DNA from: an uncultured Verrucomicrobiae bacterium | GTDB taxonomy: Bacteria > Verrucomicrobiota > Verrucomicrobiia > Chthoniobacterales > JAATET01 | DNA: 64,000 nucleotides | NCBI GenBank assembly: GCA_963719495.1 | Contig: CAVRCI010000009.1 | Coordinates: forward strand, 96,001-160,000 | Direction: 5' to 3' | Shown here: one piece after another, positions 32,079-41,261 of the stretch | How positions within the stretch are numbered: position 1 is the first letter of the stretch | Layout: each line of letters starts with the position of its first letter | Notes under the pieces: model-generated | Database searches by the model: none | Seen by the model: only the letters and a program-made list of their open reading frames with translations | Told to the model about the DNA's origin: nothing | Made by a program: the position numbers and the translations under genes

Positions 32079-32710
32079 GATTCCCCCCCGTTCCGAACGT
32101 CCAAGGCAGCGCCAAACTCCGCGACCAGTTGCGCCCGGTTCGCGACGCCCAGCTTGCGAAACGCCCCCGCCAGCTCCGCCTTCACCGTCGCCAACGAACG
32201 CCCGACCGACTCCGCGACCGCTTGGTTCGTCCGTCCCCGGCACACCTCCCGGACGACCGCCAACTCCGCCGACCCCAACAACGCCAACCACCCCAATTTC
32301 TCCTCCACCGACCGCCGACTCCGCGTCAGCAGCACCACCCGAAACGTCGGTCGCCCCAACTCGCGGTCGCCCGGCGGCTGCGTCGTCACCCGCACCGCCA
32401 ACTCCGCCGTCAGTACCCGCCGAATCTCGAGAATTCTCCCCGGACGCTCCGCCTCCAGCAACACCGCGTGCCATTCGTCCCTCGCTTCGTCCGCAATCGC
32501 CCGCACCTGCTCCCACCGCTCGTCCCCGCCGAGCCGCGCCAACAGCTCCTCCGCCGCCGCACTCGCGCCCACCACCCGCAGACCCCAATCCAGCACGATC
32601 ACCGGCACCCGCTCCGACCACAACACCCCCTGAAGCGTCCGCAGAACCTGCCGAGCACCACCCCCTTCAAGCGAGTCTCGATGAACCCGATCTTGCTTCA
32701 CGAGCAACAT
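32075..32710 (-). CDS. LuxR-type HTH transcriptional regulator
   Basis: LGSAELAVVREVCRGRTNQAVAESVGRSLATVKAELAGAFRKLGVANRAQL. Confidence 0.8.
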   Translation of the reverse strand: MLLVKQDRVHRDSLEGGGARQVLRTLQGVLWSERVPVIVLDWGLRVVGASAAAEELLARLGGDERWEQVRAIADEARDEWHAVLLEAERPGRILEIRRVLTAELAVRVTTQPPGDRELGRPTFRVVLLTRSRRSVEEKLGWLALLGSAELAVVREVCRGRTNQAVAESVGRSLATVKAELAGAFRKLGVANRAQLVAEFGAALDVRNGGES

Positions 32711-32863
32711 GATCTTTTATCCCTAATCAGAATTTCACCAAACGCAAACCACCAACCCCCGAAACCGAATTGCCAATCCCGCCCCACCTGCAACAAATCC
32801 ACGATCCAAAATCCGAAATCTCAAATTCTCACCGCCGGCCTCGCCGCCGCTCGGTCGAACCTC

Positions 32864-33541
32864 GTGCCCGGCCTTGTTCTCCAGGCCGTCATGCTCGGCA
32901 TCCTCGTCGCCTACTACGCCGTCCCGGCGACCCGTGGCACCTTCGACCAGCTCACCATCCTCAAATCCGAGGGCGGTTACGCCTTCTCGTTCATCGCGAC
33001 CGCTCTCGCCGGCGGGCTTTTCCCGGAGTCCCTCCGAATCGCCATCTTCCAACGCTTCCGGATCGTTCGGACGAACTTCACCAGCTTCCTCTTCGGCTCA
33101 ATCTTCTGGGGCGGCATGGGAGTCCTCATCGACGCCTTCTACCGTCTCCAGTCTCACCTCTTCGGAGCCGACCCGACCGCCGCCACCGTCGGCGCCAAAG
33201 TCCTCGCCGACATGCTCCTCTTCACGCCCTTCGTCGGCGTCCCACTCGCCGCCACCGCCTACCTCTGGAAGCAGCGCAATTTTGACACCGCCATCTTCGG
33301 CGATGTCCTCAATCTCCGCGGCTACCGCACCCACATCCTCCCGGTCCTCATTCCCAACTGGGCCGTCTGGGGACCCGTCGTTTGCGTTATCTACGCCCTC
33401 CCGGTCGGCCTCCAATTCCCCACCTACGTCCTAGCCCAAGCCTTTTGGACCCTCGTCCTCACCACCCTGACCGCCGCCCCCCCATCGCACACGACCAGCG
33501 ATCGGCAATTGCGCGACCGCCAACCCCACCCAAAAAGGTAG
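32864..33541 (+). CDS. Membrane protein, Mpv17/PMP22-like (start uncertain)
   Basis: Multiple TM helices; KVLADMLLFTP, NWAVWGP...YALP..LQ. Confidence 0.65.
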   Translation: MPGLVLQAVMLGILVAYYAVPATRGTFDQLTILKSEGGYAFSFIATALAGGLFPESLRIAIFQRFRIVRTNFTSFLFGSIFWGGMGVLIDAFYRLQSHLFGADPTAATVGAKVLADMLLFTPFVGVPLAATAYLWKQRNFDTAIFGDVLNLRGYRTHILPVLIPNWAVWGPVVCVIYALPVGLQFPTYVLAQAFWTLVLTTLTAAPPSHTTSDRQLRDRQPHPKR

Positions 33542-33838
33542 GGAAGCCGCGCCGCCGGGTTCCCATTCTTGGTCAGAAGTATCGGGGTTCAATCGAGTTC
33601 GGGATTGAACTTCCCCGGCAGACGGGTGATCCCAAAGTCGCTTGGTAATGAGAGGAATTCCGAACTCCGTGGCATCGTCTTCCGGCCGATGATCCAACCT
33701 CAATCGGCTGAAACCCGATTCTATCTGAAACGGGTAAGGTCTTTTTTGTAGGAAACGTCCAGTTCACGTCATCACCGCCAAACGCCTTCGTCCGCAACCC
33801 GACCCGACCCACGGAACGCGCGGCGCGCTCTCCCTACC
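33537..33838. repeat. Inverted GTAG REP-like pair (REPIN-like) enclosing ~250 bp
   Basis: ggtagggaagccgcgccgccgggttcc ... ggaacgcgcggcgcgctctccctacc. Confidence 0.6.
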
Positions 33839-34115
33839 CCGAACTGGGGCCGTCGGCCTCGTAGGCGGATCGACCCGGCAAGTCGATTCAGACCATACCC
33901 AGTTTGAATCCCACCCCCGCCGCGGGGATCGGACTGCAAGCGAGCCTTGACGTCGAGCCGGGACACCGGGCCAAAAGCTCAATCCCGGAAGGCTGCCCGC
34001 GGCCCATAGCGCACCGTCGGACCAAGCCGGCGTGAAGGCCCACCACGTCCAACCGAGCATCCCCCGGTCGTCGAAGCGCTCATCCCTCATCCGAATCCAG
34101 CACCAGATCACCAAC

Positions 34116-34163
34116 GCGCCGACCGATTAAACGTAACGGCCGTTACGTTTAATCGGTCGGCGC
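34116..34163. repeat. Perfect 48-bp palindrome with no spacer
   Basis: gcgccgaccgattaaacgtaacgg|ccgttacgtttaatcggtcggcgc. Confidence 0.95.
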
Positions 34164-34213
34164 TTTTAGGCCTCCATGCTCCCAAGTTCATCCAAAACGC
34201 GGGGGATTCTCAG

Positions 34214-34267
34214 CCCTGGATTCCCTGTAAAATGTGACGACCGTCACATTTTACAGGGAATCCAGGG
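34214..34267. repeat. 54-bp palindrome (26-bp perfect arms, 2-nt spacer)
   Basis: ccctggattccctgtaaaatgtgacg-ac-cgtcacattttacagggaatccaggg. Confidence 0.95.
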
Positions 34268-34580
34268 ATCGCCGCGCCGTTGGTGCGGGCTATCTGACGG
34301 GGCGGACAGCCGCCGAGGCGAAGAACTTTGGGTCGCCGGAGGCCAGGGGTGCTGACGCCCTGGTGACGGCTTCCACCACCGCTCTGATTCCACGCTCGAA
34401 TGGGCTGGACTCACTACCAATCACACCCATCGTCCCGCGAAAGTCGACCAGTCCTTGCCAGCGCCCGCGATGGCGCTCGCTCTCCCGGACAGAATCGCCA
34501 ACCCAACGAGTGCGCAAAGAGTGTCCCGTCCGCCGTTCGTTCTTCGGGTCCGTTCGATGTGGCAGTCGGGCAGGATTCAA

Positions 34581-34726
34581 CTAGGAGTCTGTCGGACTTA
34601 GAAAAGCCGACGCTCCAGAATGGCGTATATGGCATTTTGATTTTCTCTGAGACATCCGGCGGTGGGCAAAAACGATCAATTTCGTTCGTTTTGGCCCGAA
34701 ATCGCCTAAGCCCGACAGGCTGCTAG
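34581..34726. mobile_element. MITE-like element, 146 bp, CTAG at both ends
   Basis: ctaggagtctgtcggacttag vs reverse complement of ctaagcccgacaggctgctag: 18/21 identical. Confidence 0.7.
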
Positions 34727-36510
34727 CGGCGAATGATCCGGAGTTTGAAGATCTTGGAGCGATTGCCCGCGTTATCGAAAGCGCGGACCTTGACGACCGT
34801 CTGGCGCTTCCTGGTGTTTGGGCGAATCACTGCGCGCCAGCGGGTGCCGGGTCCCTTCGCTTCCTGGAAACCACCCCGCACGCCGCTGGCTTTGAACTCC
34901 ACCCGGTCGATACCGGAGGCGTCCGCCGCCGTCCCGCGAAAGACGACCCGGCGGCGGGTGGATTCGACGCGGCGACGGCCTTTGACGCGGACGGTGGGGC
35001 GGGTGAGGTCGGGTGGAGTCGGGGCGGCGACGGGCAGGATATTATAAGAATAGGCGGCACCCGCTTCGGCGGCGGCGTTGTCGTTGACGGCAAGGGGGTT
35101 GTCGACGCCGCTGGGGGCGCTGTCCTCCAGGCTCGCCCCGATGACCGCGGTGGTCGGGGACAGCGCGACCGCCCCGCCGAAGCGATCCTCGGGATCCGGG
35201 TTGAGCGCTTTGAGGTAGGCGTTGGGGGTCCAGATCGGGCCGGCTCGCTCGAAGAGAAAAGCCGCGCCCGCGCTCTCCGCCGAGTTGTCGGTCGGATCAC
35301 CCCCCACGCCGGTGGCCCCGCCGTCTTCGCGGAAAGCGCCGACGAGGGCGTGGTTTCCGGCGACGGCGACGGCTCGCCCGAACTGGTCGCCGGAGTCGGC
35401 ACTGAAGGCTTTGAGGTAAGCTTCGGGGAACCAGGTGGTGCCGCCGCGGACGAAGGTGTAAGCGGCTCCCGCGCTGGCGGCGGTGTTGCTGGCGGGGTCG
35501 CCATTCACGCCGGAGGCGGAACCCGCTTCGAAGGGCGCGCCGACGAGCACGGTGTTGCCCGAAACGGAGACGGATGAGCCGAACTGATCGCCGGAATCGG
35601 TGTTCGAGGCTTTGAGGTAGGCGGCTTGGGACCAGGTGGCCGCGGCCCGGGTGAAGACGTAGGCGGCACCGCTGCCCGATTCGGTGGCGTCGGCCTGATC
35701 GCCGCCGACGCCGGTCGCCGCGCTGTCTTCGAGCGGCGCGCCGACCACGGCGGTGTCGCCCGAGATGGCGACCGAGGAGCCGAAGCGGTCTCCGGCCTCC
35801 GTGTTGGATCCTTTCAAGTAGGACCGGAACGACCAGATGATGCCCGAGCGGGTAAAGACGTAAGCAGCTCCGGCGGAGCCGGCCGTGTTGTCGAGCGGGT
35901 TGCCGTCGACGCCGGTGTCGGCGCTGGCCTCGAAGCGCGCGCCGACGAGGATGGTGTCGCCCGAGATGGCGACGGCGGCTCCGAATTCGTCGCCGGCGTC
36001 GGAGTTGGGCGCTTTGAGGTAGGCTTGCTGAGACCAGGCAACCCCGGAGCGCACGAAAACGTAAGCCGCGCCGGCGCTCGGGGCGCTGCCATCCAACTCA
36101 CTGCCGTCGACCGCGTCGGCGTCGCTGTCCTCGAGGTTGGCTCCGACGACGAGGGTGTCGCCGGAGATCGCAACCGACGCGCCGAAGACGTCGCTGTCCT
36201 CGGTGTTGGAAGCCTTGAGGTAGGCTTGTTGAATCCAGGTCGCCCCGCTGCGGACGAAAACGTAGACGGCACCGGCGGAGGAGAGGCCGTTGTTAATTTG
36301 GTCGCCCCCGATTCCCACGGCGTTGCTCTGCTCGCCGGGTGCGGCGACGACGATGGTATCGCCGGAGACGGCGACGGCGGCTCCGAAGGTGTCGCTCGAA
36401 TCGGGATTGGACGCTTTGAAGAAGGCGTCCTAGGCGACGGAGCTATTGGCGTGGGCGGACGGAAGCCACCCGGAGGCGGCGATCAGCGCGAGAGGAAGGA
36501 GTCGGTTCAT
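34723..36510 (-). pseudogene. Secreted FG-GAP repeat protein with basic Ig-like C-terminal domain, interrupted by an in-frame TAG at 36430-36432
   Basis: MNRLLPLALIAASGWLPSAHANSSVA*DAFFKASNP continues in frame into the 34723-36318 ORF; ends KLRIIRR. Confidence 0.8.
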
Positions 36511-37247
36511 GAGTTTTGGGGGAGCAATCTCGGCCGAGGCCGACGTGCGGACCGCGATACGGATCGGAGATGGGTCTACGCGCCGAGCGACTCGAGGGAG
36601 TTTCCAATGGACAGCGGCGCGGCGCAATCGGAAATCTGGGAGCATATCGGTTTCCTGCTAACCTTTTTCTGGAAACCTCGCGACCGGTCCGTCCGGGGTG
36701 GGATCACCGCCGAAGAATCCGGCGAGAAGAATAAGAAGTTTCATAACATTGGCTTCGTTTGGGGGCGAAAGTTCATCGGTAAGGTCGCTTGCAACCCTAC
36801 GCGCAACGGCCTGCGCGCAAACTGATATTTGGCAGTCAATAATTTCTCAGCGCAATATTCGATCGTTCCGATGACCGACCGGCAGGGACGCGGGTCTGAC
36901 CCGAACGCCCTGCCGCCCCGGCGCCTCCTAATCGACAAACAGAAAGTAAAATGCGACCCCGATCCCCGTCCAAAACGCGAAACCGACCACGCAGACGGTT
37001 TCCATCCTGAGAACCCGCGGCTGATCCGATAGAGCCACGGGCTCAAATCGAACCCCGTGGTGGAACTTGCGCTCCGCGCGGGTTGGCGGGCGAAGTCGTG
37101 TGGAAGGCCAGCGTCGTTCTTGCACTCGGAGTCGCTCGCCAGCGTGCGCGGAGCGCCCTCTCCACCTTCTCAACCCCACCCACTTCTCATCCCGAGGCAA
37201 CGCACTCGATTGACAATTCAGACTAAGTCGACTAATCCAGACTTTCC

Positions 37248-37484
37248 ATGAAGTCCGTTGCCACGCACGAAGCCAAGACGCACCTCTCCCGTCTCCTTAC
37301 CGAGATCGCCGCGGGCGAGGAATACGTGATCACCCGCGGTCGAACTCCCGTCGCGCGACTGATTCCCGTTCCCAATCCTCGGCCCCGCCCGAAAGTGGGT
37401 GAGACCCTGGACGAGCCGCGCCCCGTCCCGGACGAAAGTCTGCGCGCACTCACCGCCGGTGAACTCGCCGCCTGGGGCCTGTGA
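37248..37484 (+). CDS. Phd/YefM-family antitoxin
   Basis: VATHEAKTHLSRLL...GEEYVITRGRTPVARLIP. Confidence 0.92.
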   Translation: MKSVATHEAKTHLSRLLTEIAAGEEYVITRGRTPVARLIPVPNPRPRPKVGETLDEPRPVPDESLRALTAGELAAWGL

Positions 37485-37867
37485 TCGCCCTCCTCGACAC
37501 GTGCACGTTTCTCTGGCTCGCGCTGGAACCCTCGCGCCTCTCGGAGCCGTGCCGGGCTGTGATCGACGACGAGTCGAATCAACTCGTATTCAGCCAGGTG
37601 AGCGTCTGGGAGATCACGCTCAAAAATTCCGTCGGCAAACTCCCGCTTCCGCTCCCACCCCGCGAGTGGATCCCCACCCGTCGGGCCTTCTTTCAGCTAG
37701 AGGCCGTCCAACCGACCGAAGCCGCCATCTTCCGCAGCGGCGAACTCCCCCGCGTTCACGCCGACCCATTCGACCGCCTGATCGCCGCCCACGCCATCGA
37801 AGCGAACTTCACCATCCTGTCCCCTGACACCCCCCTCTCCGACCTCGGAGCCGCCCGCATCTGGTGA
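37481..37867 (+). CDS. vapC: VapC/PIN-domain toxin
   Basis: LLDTCTFLW, SVWEI..K, HADPFDRLIAAHA; GTGA overlap with the antitoxin. Confidence 0.92.
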   Translation: MIALLDTCTFLWLALEPSRLSEPCRAVIDDESNQLVFSQVSVWEITLKNSVGKLPLPLPPREWIPTRRAFFQLEAVQPTEAAIFRSGELPRVHADPFDRLIAAHAIEANFTILSPDTPLSDLGAARIW

Positions 37868-37886
37868 ACCGCCAAAAGCGGTGCTC

Positions 37887-37935
37887 CACCATTCACCATT
37901 CACCATTCACCATTCACCATTCACCAGTCACCAGT
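37887..37935. repeat. Heptamer tandem repeat (CACCATT)5(CACCAGT)2
   Basis: Read directly; lies between the convergent vapC and phrB. Confidence 0.95.
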
Positions 37936-37938
37936 CAC

Positions 37939-39333
37939 TCACGCCTTCCCGTCCTTGAACATCTCCAGCGTCCGCTCCCGCTCCACCTTGTGGTCGACCA
38001 TCGGGGCCGGGTAGCCCTTCGCCAGCGGCTTTCCGTCTTCCGGCGGACCGAAGAACCGCTTCGCATCCACGTCTCGCAGCTCCGGCACCCATTCCTTCAC
38101 GTAGTCTCCCCGCTTGTCGAAGCGCTCACCCTGCGTCCACGGGTTCTGGATCCGAAAATACGGTGCCGCGTCCGCGCCCGTTCCCGCGCTCCACTGCCAG
38201 CCCCCGTTGTTACTCGCGATCTCGCCGTCCGTGAGCTGCTGCATGAAATACGACTCCCCCGTGCGCCAATGCACGTGCAGGTCCTTCGTCAGGAACATCG
38301 CCGTGATCATCCGGCACCGGTTGTGCATGAAACCCGTCGCCGCCAACTGCCGCATCGCCGCGTCGACGATCGGAAACCCCGTCTCGCCCGCCTTCCATTT
38401 CTTAAAATCGGAGTCCTTCCCCGGCCACGTCACCCCGCCGTAACGCGGGTTGAAATCCTCCTCCAACACCTTCGGCCAATGCCACAGCACCGCCTGATAA
38501 AACTCCCGCCAGATCAGCTCGTTCACGTAGGTATCCGCGCCCTTCCGTCCCGACGCCCCCAAGCTCTCCGCCTTCTCCGCGCACCGCTCGTAAACTTCCC
38601 GCACCGAAAGCAAACCCCACCGCAGATCCTGCGACAGCCGCGAAGTCGTGTCCCCGGACGGCGTGTTCCGAGTCTGATCGTATTCCCCGATCCCGCCATT
38701 CACCCAGGCCGTCAGCCGTCCCCGCGCCGCCTTTTCACCCGGCTCGATGATGCTCCCATTCCCCTTCAGCCCCCAATGCGCCAGATCCGGTAAGTCCAGG
38801 CTCTTCACGTTGTTCGGCGAATCCAGCTTCCGCAGCCGCCCCGCCGCCTTCCGTTTGTCCAGCTTCCGCCACGCCTTCGAATAAGGCGTAAAAACTTTAT
38901 ACGGCTCCTCGCTTCCAGTCAGCACCTCGTCACGCTCGTGATTGCAGTGATCCTGAAACAACTTCAACTCGATGCCCGCTTCGCTCAACGCCTTCCCGAG
39001 TCGTTCCTCGACGTCCCGCCCGAACGGATCCGGGTCCCGATTCGTGTAAATGGCCGCCGCCCCGACCTCCTTCGCCAGTCCCACCAATTCCCTCACCTGC
39101 TCGCCGCACCGCAGCGTCAGCGTGCTCCCGATCGATTGCAAATTCCCCGAGAGCGCCTCCAGTGACCCGCAGAGGAACTCCTGCCGATGAGGCCCCGTCC
39201 ACCCGTGCGACTTCGTCCAGTCGCTCAACACGTAGACCGCCACCACGGAATCCCCATCCCCCGAAGCCGCCGCCAGCGAGGTATTATCCGTAATCCGCAA
39301 ATCCCGCCGAAACCAATGAACGATCGTTTTCAT
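37939..39333 (-). CDS. phrB: Deoxyribodipyrimidine photolyase
   Basis: WFRRDLRITDN, TSRLS, ELIWREFY, TGFPIVDAAMRQL, GFMHNRCRM, NNGGWQW. Confidence 0.95.
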   Translation of the reverse strand: MKTIVHWFRRDLRITDNTSLAAASGDGDSVVAVYVLSDWTKSHGWTGPHRQEFLCGSLEALSGNLQSIGSTLTLRCGEQVRELVGLAKEVGAAAIYTNRDPDPFGRDVEERLGKALSEAGIELKLFQDHCNHERDEVLTGSEEPYKVFTPYSKAWRKLDKRKAAGRLRKLDSPNNVKSLDLPDLAHWGLKGNGSIIEPGEKAARGRLTAWVNGGIGEYDQTRNTPSGDTTSRLSQDLRWGLLSVREVYERCAEKAESLGASGRKGADTYVNELIWREFYQAVLWHWPKVLEEDFNPRYGGVTWPGKDSDFKKWKAGETGFPIVDAAMRQLAATGFMHNRCRMITAMFLTKDLHVHWRTGESYFMQQLTDGEIASNNGGWQWSAGTGADAAPYFRIQNPWTQGERFDKRGDYVKEWVPELRDVDAKRFFGPPEDGKPLAKGYPAPMVDHKVERERTLEMFKDGKA

Positions 39334-39343
39334 GTCTCAAATA

Positions 39344-39441
39344 CGAACCACCGATGGACACGGATAGACACGGATTAATTTTCTGAATCTTTTCAGCCAT
39401 CCGCGTTCATCCGCGTCCATCCGTGGTGAAAAGCATTTCCG
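39344..39441. repeat. ~98-bp element with ACACGGAT / ATCCGYGT inverted decamer arms, copy 1
   Basis: Arms nearly identical to 49497-49595, same orientation; ends aaaagcatttccg. Confidence 0.85.
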
Positions 39442-41245
39442 AATCAAACGAAACGGCGAACACCTCCCCACCGGCACCCTCGCGCCGCCCCGCCGCTTCG
39501 AAAGCAGCCCCGCAGTCCCGTCCCGCCAGCGCAACGAATTCCCAGCCCGCCAGAGTTGTTCCGATCCCCCGGGCCGCCCGCGCAAGCTGGGCCGCCTGAC
39601 GGAATAGATGCGCCCGCCCTTCCCCAGACCGCACGCCCGCGGTCAGCCCGATTCCAACCTTCACCATCAGCCTCCGCAACTCCCCCGCGCACCGCACCGC
39701 CCCCGCACACTCGTCGAAAGTCGCCCTCAACTCGCCCTCCAACTCGATCACCTCCCGCGCACCTTTCAGTGCCGCGTCCAAACCCGCCACCGGCTCGACG
39801 CCCGAGGCATGAACGCAGAACCGGGCCGATCCCTCGACCCCGACCCACTCGAATCCATCCGCCAATCGCGCTGGCTCGTCGGTCAGCGGATCCACCACCC
39901 AAACGGGCACGCCAAGACTCGTCGACCGGGCGACCAGATCCGCCGTTCCGCCCGCTCCATCGCCAAGCGCCCCGTCCCAGACGGCCAGCACAACGAGATC
40001 CCCACCCCACTCCCGCGCCCGTCGCGCCGCCGTCCCCAGAATCATCTCGTTCCCAAATCCCCACAGCGTCCCGTCCTCCGGATCCCCACCCTGCGGCGTC
40101 ACCCAGACCGTCACCGCCCCGGCGCAAGCTTCCTCGAATCGAGTCCGCCAAGCCTCGCCGACACTCACCGCGGCGTAACTCTCCCGCTCCAGCGGCAGCA
40201 CCACCGCGGCGTCCACGCCCCGCTCGCGCAGCACCTCCAAACCGATGAGATCCCCACCGGAAGCCGCGCCCGCGACGCCGATCCACGGCCCCACCCGCTC
40301 GATCACACTCGCCATCCGCGCCCGCACCGACGCCTCGCGCCCCGCCGGGAATCTCGGTCGCTCCCGTCCCGCCGCGTCCACCCGGTGCCCCGTGACCACC
40401 AGCACCACCGGCCGCCCCAGCACGTCGTCGAGCGCCTTCGCGGGCATCCCCAATTTCTCCAACAACAACACCGCCTGCTCGCGCGACGTGAGAATTTGAT
40501 CCCGATCGACCCCCTCCCGCACCGCCTCGGCATACATCGCCCGCGCTCCGTCCAGATCCCCCGAAGCCAACCGCGCCTCCGCCAGCGACACCCGCTCCCA
40601 ATAATTCGACGCCCCGCCCCGCCGCTCCAAATCCTCCCGCACCAACGCCGCCATCCGCCCCGCCGCCTCGTCGTCGTCGAGCAGCGCCGACAACGTCGCC
40701 GCGTTCACCGCCGGATAATACACGTCGTCCCGCTCCTCGCCCGCCGCCGCCGCGTATTCGTCCCGCGACCGCTCGAGATCCGCCCGCTCACCCCGAGCCT
40801 TCCACGCGTCCTTGAACAAACGCCCCACCAGCGGTCGCGCGTCACTCAACCCCGAGATCGGTTCCCAATTTTTCTCCAAAATCACCCGAGCCCGTTCCCG
40901 CCCCCCCGTCCGCGCCAGCGCCAGCGCCCGCTGGTAGGCCGGCAATCCCCTTCCCGGAAAAACGGCCATCGCTTCCGCCGCAACCTCCGCCGCCAGAAAA
41001 TTCTCACCCCGCTTCAGCAGCAACGCCGCCAGGCCCTCGTAAATCCCCGGAAACAAACCCCAAAATGGCGCCACCCGCCCCTGCCACCGGGCCGTCAATT
41101 CGCCCGTGCTTGCCCCCCGGCCCTCGGCACCCAGCCATCGTTCGAACTCAGCCACCCGCTCCCTCGCCGCCGCCAGTCTACTCCCGCCCGGCGTTTCCCG
41201 GTTGTCCCCCCGTATCGATCCTGTCATTTGTTTTGGGCGCGGCAT
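39407..41245 (-). CDS. TPR/TRAF-binding-like + SLOG-like + degenerate cyclase-like protein
   Basis: ALALARTG, GRLFKD, YYPAVNAATL, YWERVSLAEA; VTGHRVD..RFP, ASGGDL, WDG..GDGAGGT. Confidence 0.7.
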   Translation of the reverse strand: MPRPKQMTGSIRGDNRETPGGSRLAAARERVAEFERWLGAEGRGASTGELTARWQGRVAPFWGLFPGIYEGLAALLLKRGENFLAAEVAAEAMAVFPGRGLPAYQRALALARTGGRERARVILEKNWEPISGLSDARPLVGRLFKDAWKARGERADLERSRDEYAAAAGEERDDVYYPAVNAATLSALLDDDEAAGRMAALVREDLERRGGASNYWERVSLAEARLASGDLDGARAMYAEAVREGVDRDQILTSREQAVLLLEKLGMPAKALDDVLGRPVVLVVTGHRVDAAGRERPRFPAGREASVRARMASVIERVGPWIGVAGAASGGDLIGLEVLRERGVDAAVVLPLERESYAAVSVGEAWRTRFEEACAGAVTVWVTPQGGDPEDGTLWGFGNEMILGTAARRAREWGGDLVVLAVWDGALGDGAGGTADLVARSTSLGVPVWVVDPLTDEPARLADGFEWVGVEGSARFCVHASGVEPVAGLDAALKGAREVIELEGELRATFDECAGAVRCAGELRRLMVKVGIGLTAGVRSGEGRAHLFRQAAQLARAARGIGTTLAGWEFVALAGRDCGAAFEAAGRREGAGGEVFAVSFDSEMLFTTDGRG

Positions 41246-41261
41246 TTTCCGCGCTGATCAC

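Noticed and set aside
34116..34163. Protelomerase, dif or attC site
   Set aside because: No cognate enzyme nearby and no match to dif or attC consensus that I can support.
34230..34251. Functional CRP site
   Set aside because: The match lies inside a much longer palindrome and far from any gene start; noted only within the palindrome finding.
36520..37240. ncRNA or small genes between the FG-GAP gene and the vapBC-like pair
   Set aside because: No convincing ORF or recognisable RNA motif by eye; an Rfam search is needed.
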